Shown here piece by piece: positions 20,521 through 30,034 of a DNA stretch of 64,000 nt (the first letter of the stretch is position 1; each line of letters begins with the position of its first letter). The position numbers and the translations under genes are program-made. Below the pieces are notes generated by a model. That model saw nothing but the letters and a program-made list of their open reading frames with translations. It did not search any database and was not told where the DNA came from. This DNA comes from Candidatus Sungiibacteriota bacterium (GTDB taxonomy: Bacteria; Patescibacteriota; Minisyncoccia; Sungbacterales; HO2-52-23): assembly GCA_016180435.1 (NCBI GenBank), contig JACPBG010000001.1, positions 283,107-347,106 on the forward strand. Direction: 5' to 3'.

Positions 20521-20535
20521 CTATTTTCAAAACAG

Positions 20536-21558
20536 TTATTGCCCTTGCAAAGCGTTGATTTTGGCCTGAATTTCCTGAATTTTCTGCATAATCGCATTAA
20601 TTTGGGCTTGATTGCCGGTTGTTCCGGTCGGAGCTGACTGCGGAACTGGCGGCGCAGTCGGAGGCGAAACAACAGGAGCGGACGAACCGCCAAAGATCTC
20701 GTTCAATTTTGCCATGGTCTTAGGACCAACTCTTCCATTGCCCAGATCATTCGCGCTTGCAATCACGCCGTATTTTAGCTGAAAACGGCGCACGGCATTA
20801 CGGGTAAGAGTCCCATAATATCCGGAGGCAGTTCCTTCAGGATAAATAGCCGGATCCTGCGCAAGCAACTGCTGGAGCCGATGCACTTCATCGCTCCTCT
20901 CCCCGGGATTCATAACTCTGGCAAATACTCCATATGCCGGAGGAACTGCGGTTGGAGCCGGAGTTTCCTGGCCGGAGCGCAAAGCCGTGATTCGCGCCAT
21001 AATTGCCGCAATTTGCTGCTGGATTGATGCTATGGTCGGAGATGCCGGAGCAGAAATCGGTGTCGGAGTTGGAACCACTAATCTTGGAGTCGGGGTTGGA
21101 GTTGGCGCTGGAGGAGAATAAGAACTCCCGCCACCGCCTCCGCCTCCGCCGCCGGTGGAAACCGAACCTGGGGCTCCACCACCGCCACTACTGCTACTGC
21201 AACTCCCCGAGGGACTTACAGTAATGGTTTCAGTTGTAGCGCCCTGACCCTTAGACAGAACAATCCGCGATTGACTGGACTCACATAGGGTAGTTGCACC
21301 CAATGAAGGAGAAACCGTAAAATTTTTCTTATCAGCCGAGGTTATCTCTATGCTTGATCCGGCGGACATCACAAAATCGAAACTTGAAGTGTTCACCGTT
21401 ACCGAATCAAACGTACTGCCTATGAACACCGTATATTGGGAACTATCGGAAGGAAGCACCAGAGTGAAACTATTCGCCACACTCACCTCGTTTGCCGCCC
21501 AAACCGCCCAAGGCGACACCAGCAGGAAGAAAACCGCAAAGAATTGCTTATTGGTCAT
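20536..21558 (-). CDS. Secreted peptidoglycan-binding domain protein with a Gly/Ser/Pro linker
   Basis: GERSDEVHRLQQLLAQDPAIYPEG..GYYGTLTRNAVRRFQ..GRVGPKT. Confidence 0.87.
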   Translation of the reverse strand: MTNKQFFAVFFLLVSPWAVWAANEVSVANSFTLVLPSDSSQYTVFIGSTFDSVTVNTSSFDFVMSAGSSIEITSADKKNFTVSPSLGATTLCESSQSRIVLSKGQGATTETITVSPSGSCSSSSGGGGAPGSVSTGGGGGGGGGSSYSPPAPTPTPTPRLVVPTPTPISAPASPTIASIQQQIAAIMARITALRSGQETPAPTAVPPAYGVFARVMNPGERSDEVHRLQQLLAQDPAIYPEGTASGYYGTLTRNAVRRFQLKYGVIASANDLGNGRVGPKTMAKLNEIFGGSSAPVVSPPTAPPVPQSAPTGTTGNQAQINAIMQKIQEIQAKINALQGQ

Positions 21559-21635
21559 AATGATTACGCATGGCGCCTGAACTTATCATGTTGCAACACG
21601 AACAATCCGGAGCCACACGCTAAAAAAGGCGAGTG

Positions 21636-23357
21636 TTAGCGAATAATCAGATAGCGCCAGGTGGAAGTTGTAACGGTCCAGGCGGCATCGGTCATATTAT
21701 ACAATTCTGCCTGTATACGATTGGCCGCCGTGGTAGATGCTTTGCCGGTATAAATTACAGTGCCTCGGCCGGAACCAAATGAACCAGTACCCATAGCAGT
21801 CGTAGTTGCTGTAAGAAATACCGCGTCATTAGTGGCTACGTTACTAAGGCCTGTTGTACAACCGACAGTACCGGTTGAAGTAGCGGCGATAGATTGAGCA
21901 TCTAAAATGGGTCCGCAATCAACAAACCCGGTCAAAACCTGAGTCAAGGCCGTGCCATTTGCGCCCATTTTGGTAGTGCCAGTATGCGTAGTTACGCCAG
22001 TTACTCCCAGCGTGCCTCCTATTGTAGCATTATTGGATACGCTCAACGCGGATGTGGTGGCAAAGGAAGTTGCGGCAAAATTTGTGGAAGTAGCTTGAGT
22101 AAGAGTGGCGTAAGCGTTTACAGTCAGGGTGTCTACGGAATCAGTGCCCAAGGTGATATTACCTTGAATAGTGGCATCATTAGATACACGCAACGCGGAT
22201 GTGGTGGCAAAGGTAGTTGCGGCAAAATTCGTGGAAGTGGCTTGAGTAAGAGTAGTATAGGCGTTTACAGTCAAGGTCTGCGAGGAAGATTGTCCAACCG
22301 TAACATCACCCTGAAGAGTGGAGGCATTAGATACCCGCAACGCGGATGTGGAAGCAAACTGGTCTACGTTAAGAGTGGTGGTGGTTGCCAGAGTTGTGGT
22401 AGAACGAGTTAAGTTTAATCCGATCATGGTGGAAGAGGCATAGTTTACAATAATACCAACAGTAGTGGTAGGTCGAATTGAATCTTGCGCAACGGTTACT
22501 CCCCAATCGCGTCCGTCGCCCGGCGCATCCGTACCACAACCAAATTTTCCGGTAGAAAGGGTGTAAACCACTTTATTAGTAGAAGCCACACAGTCACCAA
22601 AAGTAGTTTGGAAAAATGCATTGGATACCGTGAGCTGGGAAGTGGAAGCAAACGAAGTCACGGCCAAATGCGTGGAAGTGGCTTGGGTAAGAGTGGCATA
22701 AGCGTTTACAGTCAGGGTGTCTACGGAATCAGTGCCCAGGGTGGTATTGCCCTGAATGGTTGCATCATTGGACACTCTCAAAGCCGAGGTGGTGGCAAAG
22801 GTAGTAATGGCAAAATTTGTGGAAGTAGCTTGAGTGAGCGTGGCATAGGCGTTTACAGTCAGAGTGTCTGCGGAATCAGTGCCCAAAGTGATATTACCTT
22901 GGATAGTGGCATCATTGGACACTCTTAAGGCCGAGGTGGTGGCAAAGGTAGTAATGGCAAAATTCGTGGAAGTAGCATTAGCCAAAGTTACATCGGTATA
23001 AAATGTAGCAACTCCGGTTACCAATAAAGTGCTGGATGCCCGCAAAGAGCCGTCAAACCACACGATTCCGTCATATTCGGCCTGGCCCTCCACTAACAAT
23101 GAATCTGTGGCAAGAGCTGTCAGGTGATCGCCGGTTGATCCGGTACCCACGCGCGCGCCTGACGTTACCGTAAGGTCATCGCTGGCAGTTACCGCTCCGG
23201 TCAGAGTAGATGCGCCATCCACGGTCAATGTTCCAGACACCGTAACATTTGTCCCGACAGACGTTGCCCAAACCGACATTCCAACAGCCAAAGCGGCGCC
23301 CATGGCAGCGGCCGATGCGATCTTCAAAAGATTTCTTTTAAGAAACTTTTTTTGCAT
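21636..23357 (-). CDS. Thr-rich surface protein with 49-aa ATST repeats (adhesin/fibre-like)
   Basis: Signal peptide; roughly five full or partial copies of TLTQATSTNFAITTFATTSALRVSNDATIQGNITLGTDS.DTLTVNAYA with a 147-bp DNA period. Confidence 0.8.
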   Translation of the reverse strand: MQKKFLKRNLLKIASAAAMGAALAVGMSVWATSVGTNVTVSGTLTVDGASTLTGAVTASDDLTVTSGARVGTGSTGDHLTALATDSLLVEGQAEYDGIVWFDGSLRASSTLLVTGVATFYTDVTLANATSTNFAITTFATTSALRVSNDATIQGNITLGTDSADTLTVNAYATLTQATSTNFAITTFATTSALRVSNDATIQGNTTLGTDSVDTLTVNAYATLTQATSTHLAVTSFASTSQLTVSNAFFQTTFGDCVASTNKVVYTLSTGKFGCGTDAPGDGRDWGVTVAQDSIRPTTTVGIIVNYASSTMIGLNLTRSTTTLATTTTLNVDQFASTSALRVSNASTLQGDVTVGQSSSQTLTVNAYTTLTQATSTNFAATTFATTSALRVSNDATIQGNITLGTDSVDTLTVNAYATLTQATSTNFAATSFATTSALSVSNNATIGGTLGVTGVTTHTGTTKMGANGTALTQVLTGFVDCGPILDAQSIAATSTGTVGCTTGLSNVATNDAVFLTATTTAMGTGSFGSGRGTVIYTGKASTTAANRIQAELYNMTDAAWTVTTSTWRYLIIR

Positions 23358-23572
23358 AATAATTGTTTTTATAAATAGAACCGAATAAACCAATCAATGG
23401 CGTATAAGATCCGTATTTACAATAATTACACCGATAAAATCGGCGTATCCTAAATTAAATTTAATTAAAAAACGATTTCGACGCTTTAATAAGTAAAAGA
23501 GTTGCTCAAATCCATATTTTCCAAAAGTAATCAAACCTTGCTTTGAAAATTAGGAATAGAGTAACTCTTTTT

Positions 23573-23619
23573 ATTATATCCTCTCTGAAAACCCATGCAA
23601 TAGGGGGGGCTGTGGATAA
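23573..23619 (-). promoter_or_regulatory. Sigma70-like promoter (TTGCAT-16-TATAAT) with an adjacent consensus DnaA box
   Basis: -10 at 23573-23578, -35 at 23595-23600, TTATCCACA at 23611-23619. Confidence 0.6.
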
Positions 23620-23637
23620 CTTTTCTCGCTCGCTATA

Positions 23638-24066
23638 GCGGTTTCGGCTGTTGCAATTTAGACATGGCTATCTACTCGGTAATCGCCTTTTCGTTCAAAA
23701 CTTCGGTCTGGACAAAGTTTTCGTTCGGCATCCTGCGTTTTTCGGCAAGGCTTCGGCCGCTCCTGCGGCGGCCTGCAGGGTCGGAAAAATTCTCAGACCG
23801 TCCGAAAACTGCAAAAACAGCACTTTCGTCATTCTGAGCGCAGCGAAGAATCTCGTATTTAAGCCATTATAAAAACGCATAGATTCTTCACGTTGTTCAG
23901 AATGACAGTTTTCGGACGGTCTGAGACCAAGCAATTTTTCCTCCCATTGCCGAAAAAATGCAGGGTGCCTCACTTATAGCAAAGATAGGCCTTCCGTTAA
24001 TTTCACGAAAAAAGCGGATTACCTCGCCAAGAAATTCATATTGCACATTGCAATGGCCAAAATCGC
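23638..24066 (+). mobile_element. Nested stack of palindromic elements, including family-A copy 1 (23727-23969)
   Basis: Four concentric sets of inverted repeats (see findings). Confidence 0.7.
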
Positions 24067-24315
24067 AGCTGACTCGCTTTTGGGGATTGCTGAATGTATA
24101 CGCCTTCGGCGGTTACTCCATTATATAAAAATGAAACAATTTATATCATAGATAAGCCATTTTCCCATCAGGAAAACACCAAAAAACCCCGCTTAAAAAA
24201 CGGGGTTTTCTATTAGTGAAGTCCGACTTCAATAGATTATCTATTGAAGTCGGACTTCGATAACTTAAATAATTACAAAGCCCCGCTGGAAGCGGGGCTT
24301 TGTCGAGCTCATTCA

Positions 24316-24415
24316 CCCCGTTAGAGATCCGGCCCATCGCAATAGAATGTCAGAAATTATCTCTCCGGTTCCATACGCTTCACCACGATTTTACCGTTCC
24401 GCATCTCTAACGGGG
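24316..24415. mobile_element. CCCCGTTAGAGAT...ATCTCTAACGGGG miniature inverted-repeat element
   Basis: 13-bp terminal inverted repeats. Relatives at 18417, 30419-30515 and 30805-30869. Confidence 0.7.
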
Positions 24416-24425
24416 CAAGCAAGGA

Positions 24426-24459
24426 TAAAAAAACCAACCCCCAAGAGAGGGGGTTGGTT
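24426..24459 (-). terminator. Intrinsic terminator of the S-layer-like gene
   Basis: aaccaaccccc-loop-gggggttggtt hairpin followed by a U-tract on the minus strand, 20 bp after the stop. Confidence 0.75.
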
Positions 24460-24479
24460 CCAAGTCCACAAGGATGACT

Positions 24480-27400
24480 TTACTTCGTGAACGATTGCGG
24501 GGTCATTTCCGTACCCGGAAGTCCGGACACCTGGAAACCGTTCAGCCAGTCCACATTATCAACCGAAGAGGTCGTAGTGGTGTTTGGCGACCAGACAAAC
24601 TTACCGGTTGCGCCAGACACCGCATCAGATGTTTCGCGGCTAACCAAGTTGGTGTTGTTGGCCACTGCCGAATCACCCAAGAGCGCCACAGAGATATTGT
24701 CTCCGGCTGTTACCGAAGCGAATGTTCCAAGAAGCTGGAAGTAACGGGAAGTTCCTGCCGGGATATTAAGTGACTCAACCGATTCATCAGCCGCAGACGC
24801 GGTTGTAAGCGCCGGGTTGAAGAAGAACACTACGCTGTTGGAAGGCGCTCCATGCGTTCCCACACCTCCCCAAGTGCTCGTACCAACTGCAGATACGTTC
24901 GTTGCCGAGGAATACCCGGTATGAACAGGGTTGGTAGCATACGCTGCAGTAGAGAAGCTTGAGTCAGAGTAGGCATAGAGTTTGAAGACCGTGGTAGTTG
25001 CAACCGTAGTGGAAGATACGCGGAAAGACAAGCGCGACAAACCTACATCTCCGGCGGCATCGGCCGTTACCTTAAAGCGATACAAAGTCATTTCTCCGTT
25101 GGCAAGAGTGTTAGACGATATTGCCAAACGCTCAAGTGTCGGATAGGACTTCACTAGGCGCACTCCGCCTCCGGCAGTATTTCCACCAGCCGCCGGGTTA
25201 ATCGTAACTCCGGATGATTGCCCAATACCATCGCTTTCTGTGGCTCCGGCTTCACCATCATGGTTAACAGCAACCAAATGTCCGCGGGTTGCGGGCTGAT
25301 TCACGCCCAAGGTTGACATATCGCCTTTAATAGTAAGCAATTTGTCGCCGTCTTTCGGAACAATGAAGGAAGAAGACAGAGTTGAGGTAGCGCGAGTATT
25401 CGTACCCTGGAATAGGGCTTCACCCACCTTGGTTGCTCCATCCCACAACGTTACTTTCATAAGGTCGGAGGAGGATGCAGTGGAAGATGAGAGGACCAGC
25501 GCTATGCGGTCAAGCTTAATGGCCTCATTATCCGCATGGAACTTCAAGACGCTCAACAGAACATCGGTTTTGCCGGCAATGGCGTATCGTTCCTGGGTTG
25601 GAGACGAAACATCCAAAGCAACCGACAAAGTGCCGTTAGCCGCAACAGTCATGGTCGGACCTCCGCTGGAGTGAGCGGTAATGGTTGCGGTCACCGTAAC
25701 TCCGGTGTCTTTGCCAACCGCAGTCGGGGTGTTATTGGTCGCATCGGCAATTCCGACATTATAAGTGGAAGTGGTTGCAACCGAGGAAATGTTACATTTG
25801 ATATCCACAACCTTGGAAGTTCCTTTAGGAACAATCAAGTGGGTATCAAAGCTAATTGACTTGTCCGCTTCATCGGCGTCATAGGCGTGGCTGGAGAAAC
25901 CAACAACATTTCCGCCGGTGTTTAAGGCAAGCGAGCCATCCCAAATCTGACAAGTATTCAGATTATCAAGGTCCGCGCCCGCACCCGCGGCAAAGTCAAG
26001 TTTCTGCGAAGTTATGCGCACATCCTCTCCGGAATTAGTTCCGTCATACTGCAAGGTTCCCATAAGGAATCCGTTGATACCGCTAACCACAGTTTGCGCA
26101 ACCGGGTTAGTACCCATTGCCAAACGCAATGAAGCGGCGCGAACAGTCATGGTATTGGCGGAAACCGCAGTTGAAGGAGTAGCGGTAATGGTAAGTCCGG
26201 TGGTTTCGCCTTTGGCGGTAATATGGCTACCCGGAGTCACAGCCGCCACTACGGTATCACCATCCTCAAAGTCGGTAGTTAATTTACCTTTTAGCTTGTA
26301 GGCGTGCACTCCCACCGGCACGGTCCAGGAATCGGTGAAGGTTACGGTTTCATCCGCTAATACATCTTTGGGACCGGCAACTACAGCACCGTTTTCATCC
26401 ACAATGGACAAACTGTCAATCTGGGTTCCATCCTCGCCCGCTGAAAGGGTAAAGGTAACCTTGTAAGAACTTATTTGCACAGCTTCGCCCTTGGATTCCA
26501 AGGTGAATGCGCCAAGTTCGGTGTTAGATACGTCCAGCGCCACATTGCCTGCGGAAACCGCGTTGGATTTCTCCACACGCAAGGATCCTTTCTGGATATC
26601 ATGCTGATATGCGTCATAGTAGGGCTCGGTGTTGGAGAATGCGCCGGTGTCATCCGTCGGGTCAGAGGAGCCATTGGCCGGAGTTATGTAATAGCCAAAG
26701 GTTTTACCGCGGGCCACCATATCGGTTCGGCGCTGAATGTCAAAGTCAACATTTCGTCCGGAACCGGATACGATATCCGCTTTAATTGAGATATCCATGG
26801 TGGCGCCTTTATCATACTCAACACCCGATCCAAAGACCGCCGTGTAGTATTTGCCGTCCGAGGAAAGAGTGGTTTCATAATCAACTCCTTTAACGGATAC
26901 TTTAACATTGGCCAAGTCGCCGGATCCGGCTGAACCGGATTGATACCATCGCATTCTTTCAAGAATAACCGGCTCGGCTGATCCAACGCTCCACTTTACA
27001 CCGGAGGAAATAAACGCCATAGTGCCGATTTCAAGATTGGTTCGGGCCGAACCCGGATCAAGCGTTCCGCGCGAAGGGGACGCCAGCGAACCAATGGCCA
27101 AAGTGCCGTTGATAGTCATGCCATTGCCCACGATCGGGAATGATCCATTGACTGCGGAAGAACCCGCGTCAACCGATACAACCGCGAATTTCGCAACTTG
27201 TCCGGCTTCGCCGCCAAGATTGCCGGTTGTGTCCATATTGGCGCCAACCGTCATAGTGCGGGAAGTGCCGGCTTTAACCACAAAGGGTTCATTCAATAAG
27301 GCACGGTGAAGCGAATTCAAGGTCTTGGCAAGGCCAACCTGATTTCCGTTCTCATCCAAGAGAACTAAATCAAGAAATGCGCTGTCGTCCGCCAATCCCT

Positions 27401-28049
27401 GGCGTTCCACCGTGATTGATTTCACAGTTACGTCTCCATCGGCTGATGCCGTAAATACGGCCTTTACCATAGGAAGACGCGAGGCGTTTTCAACTGCAAG
27501 CGTTGCCGCCGGCTGATCGGTTGAGGAAACCGTAAGACCGGTTCCGGCCGGAACAACTACCGGACCAGGAGTTACCGGACCGGGTGTTACCGGACCGGGT
27601 GTTACCGGACCGGGTGTTACCGGAACAGGCGCAACCGCTAGCATTGAATTATACTTTGCGCGTGAAATTGCTCCGAAATATCCGGCTGCCGGAGATACTC
27701 CGTTAGCCGCCTGCCAGGCGGATACCGCCGATTGGGTGATTGAACCGAAATATCCGGTTGCACCGCCGGAATAAGTGAAGTGGCCGGTGGATGTCAAATA
27801 ATTCTGTAAGCATGTTACATCATCTCCGCGCGCGCCCACAGTGAGATCACGCGAGAAACTGCATCCACTCGCTGGCGCGGATGGACCGCCCTGAAGGGCT
27901 AAAATCTGGGCTTGAAGAGCCGCGATTTGCGCAAGCAACTGTTGGATAACCGAATCGGTTGTTTGAGCCGAAGTTACCGGGGCAAATACTGCCGCTCCTA
28001 TAATGGCGATTGCCGTAGCAATGCTCGCCACTTTAAGTTTTATGTTCAT
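24480..28049 (-). CDS. Large S-layer-like surface protein with an N-terminal PG-binding domain
   Basis: Signal peptide, IQQLLAQIAALQAQI coil, FSRDLTVGARGDDVTCLQNYL..GYFGSITQSAV, (PVTPG)x4, then repeated beta-rich modules. Confidence 0.85.
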   Translation of the reverse strand: MNIKLKVASIATAIAIIGAAVFAPVTSAQTTDSVIQQLLAQIAALQAQILALQGGPSAPASGCSFSRDLTVGARGDDVTCLQNYLTSTGHFTYSGGATGYFGSITQSAVSAWQAANGVSPAAGYFGAISRAKYNSMLAVAPVPVTPGPVTPGPVTPGPVTPGPVVVPAGTGLTVSSTDQPAATLAVENASRLPMVKAVFTASADGDVTVKSITVERQGLADDSAFLDLVLLDENGNQVGLAKTLNSLHRALLNEPFVVKAGTSRTMTVGANMDTTGNLGGEAGQVAKFAVVSVDAGSSAVNGSFPIVGNGMTINGTLAIGSLASPSRGTLDPGSARTNLEIGTMAFISSGVKWSVGSAEPVILERMRWYQSGSAGSGDLANVKVSVKGVDYETTLSSDGKYYTAVFGSGVEYDKGATMDISIKADIVSGSGRNVDFDIQRRTDMVARGKTFGYYITPANGSSDPTDDTGAFSNTEPYYDAYQHDIQKGSLRVEKSNAVSAGNVALDVSNTELGAFTLESKGEAVQISSYKVTFTLSAGEDGTQIDSLSIVDENGAVVAGPKDVLADETVTFTDSWTVPVGVHAYKLKGKLTTDFEDGDTVVAAVTPGSHITAKGETTGLTITATPSTAVSANTMTVRAASLRLAMGTNPVAQTVVSGINGFLMGTLQYDGTNSGEDVRITSQKLDFAAGAGADLDNLNTCQIWDGSLALNTGGNVVGFSSHAYDADEADKSISFDTHLIVPKGTSKVVDIKCNISSVATTSTYNVGIADATNNTPTAVGKDTGVTVTATITAHSSGGPTMTVAANGTLSVALDVSSPTQERYAIAGKTDVLLSVLKFHADNEAIKLDRIALVLSSSTASSSDLMKVTLWDGATKVGEALFQGTNTRATSTLSSSFIVPKDGDKLLTIKGDMSTLGVNQPATRGHLVAVNHDGEAGATESDGIGQSSGVTINPAAGGNTAGGGVRLVKSYPTLERLAISSNTLANGEMTLYRFKVTADAAGDVGLSRLSFRVSSTTVATTTVFKLYAYSDSSFSTAAYATNPVHTGYSSATNVSAVGTSTWGGVGTHGAPSNSVVFFFNPALTTASAADESVESLNIPAGTSRYFQLLGTFASVTAGDNISVALLGDSAVANNTNLVSRETSDAVSGATGKFVWSPNTTTTSSVDNVDWLNGFQVSGLPGTEMTPQSFTK

Positions 28050-28239
28050 AGATTTTATTAATTATATTTGAAACCCATCCGTTCTTCCCTGCGTTGCAAA
28101 GAATGAAAGGAGGGCTTCGTGGCACAAGCGCTCATCTTTTTTTATCTTCGACGATTAGATAAATTGATGGGCGCTATTTTATTACCTGTTAATGCTGATA
28201 ATTTCTGTTGGAGTCAAGCCTAACCCGCGCTCCGCGCGG

Positions 28240-28460
<221 letters not shown>

Positions 28461-28658
28461 CTCCGTGCGAAGCACAGGACCGACCGGACTTTGAAGCTCC
28501 ATCGTGATTCAATTTAATTACTGATTACTGGTAACCCCTCGACCCGACTCGGGGCAAGCTGGTTACTGGTAACTAATCAATTGTCAAAGTTCTCTCCGCG
28601 TGCATCCAGGTTACAATCATTACAATCCGAATTTTGCCTGCGTAACGAGAATTAATCC

Positions 28659-28816
28659 ATACTACACAATCAAAATTCAGATTGCAAGCGCTTTCAGTTT
28701 TCTTTGCTCAAAACAGCCAAAAAATGGCTTCCTTTCAGAACTTTTTAGTACATACAAACATGCTTATATTCTTATTATATATCCATTCAAACCCCATGCA
28801 AATTCACTTATCCACA
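28659..28816 (-). promoter_or_regulatory. Tandem promoters of the S-layer-like gene with a DnaA box
   Basis: TTGCAA-17-TAGTAT (28687-28659), TTGCAT-16-TATAAT (28801-28774), and TTATCCACA at 28808-28816. Confidence 0.55.
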
Positions 28817-28822
28817 TATGCA

Positions 28823-29022
28823 TGATGCCAATCCGATGCGAATTTAATGCCAATCTGGCGAATTGCTAATATGTGATGCCAATCCAATGCGAATTTAATG
28901 CCAATTTAGCGAATTGCTAATATGTGATGCCAATCCGATGCGAATTTAATGCCAATCTGGCGAATTGCGAATAAATATTAAGTTCATTTGTAGATTAGCA
29001 TAAGATTTGTAGATTGGCATCA
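28823..29022. repeat. TGATGCCAAT-family element: three 51-bp tandem copies plus an inverted arm
   Basis: Units start at 28823, 28874 and 28925. The inverted arm overlaps the galU TGA. Family copies at ~31632, 36277-36438, 43215-43258 and 44851-44957. Confidence 0.88.
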
Positions 29023-29898
29023 TATATGCAGGGATTTCAGATATTTCCTGAATTCAGGGCCTATTTCCGGATGTTTTAGCCCGAAACTTACAACCGCGCG
29101 CATAAAACCGGACTTATCTCCGCAATCATAATATTCGCCTTTTACCTCATACCCGTAAAGCTTGCCGCCGTTTTTCACATATTTATCAACTGCATCCGTA
29201 ATATATATTTCTCCGTTCGGAGCAGGTTTGGTCTGGGCAAGATAGTTAAAAATCGGCGGGGTCAGAATATATTTTACGATGATCATTAAATCCGACGGAG
29301 CATGGGCAGGATCCGGTTTTTCAACCAAACCATTTATTCTCCAAGTGCGCGCAGCTATTTTTTTACCCTTGATAACCCCGTATTTATATACGTCTTTCTT
29401 GTCAATTCGCTTTAATGCCACAACCGGAGCGCGATATTTAGAAAACACGCGCATCAACTGGGACAAGGCGGGCGGCTTGGCATCAATAATGTCATCACCG
29501 GACATTACCGCAACCGGTTCATCTCCCAATAAAGGACATGCCTGTAAAATAGCATCTCCAATGCCCTTGGGCTCTTTTTGGCGCACAAACGCAAAAAAAG
29601 CCATAGATGAAATGCGTCGAATCGCCTTAGCAAGATCCGCCTTGCCTCGCGACTCAAGAAATGCTTCAAGTTCCGCGGCATAATCAAAATGGTCTTCAAT
29701 GGCGCGTTTAGCCCGTCCGGTAACGATTATAACTTCTTTAATACCGGATGCCACAGCTTCCTCCACCAGATATTGAATAACCGGCTTATCCACTATGGGA
29801 AGCATTTCTTTGGGCTGGGCTTTGGTTGCCGGCAAAAAACGAGTTCCGAAACCGCCCACCGGGATTATGACTTTTTGAATATTATTCACATAAAACAC
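29020..29898 (-). CDS. galU: UTP--glucose-1-phosphate uridylyltransferase
   Basis: GGFGTRFLPATKAQPKEMLPIVDKP, RQKEPKGIGDA, VEKP. Confidence 0.95.
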   Translation of the reverse strand: MFYVNNIQKVIIPVGGFGTRFLPATKAQPKEMLPIVDKPVIQYLVEEAVASGIKEVIIVTGRAKRAIEDHFDYAAELEAFLESRGKADLAKAIRRISSMAFFAFVRQKEPKGIGDAILQACPLLGDEPVAVMSGDDIIDAKPPALSQLMRVFSKYRAPVVALKRIDKKDVYKYGVIKGKKIAARTWRINGLVEKPDPAHAPSDLMIIVKYILTPPIFNYLAQTKPAPNGEIYITDAVDKYVKNGGKLYGYEVKGEYYDCGDKSGFMRAVVSFGLKHPEIGPEFRKYLKSLHI

Positions 29899-29988
29899 AC
29901 TAATCCACGAATTGATACACTAATCCACGAATCATAAATACTTTTTAGTTATTTGTGGATAGGTGTGCTCATTGGTGGATTCGTGTAC
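29895..29988. repeat. ACACTAATCCACGAAT-family palindromic element
   Basis: Copies at 39764-39856 and 46684-46775. Confidence 0.82.
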
Positions 29989-30034
29989 AGAATCTTTTTC
30001 ATTATGTCCTATAAACATTTTATGTCCTATATGT

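Noticed and set aside
23651-24337. Short ORFs 23651-23872, 23695-23973 and 24146-24337
   Set aside because: They are translations of palindromic elements and terminator-like hairpins.
28823-28970. Three 51-bp repeats as a CRISPR array
   Set aside because: The units are contiguous and near-identical, with no unique spacers and no cas genes. They belong to a dispersed palindrome family.
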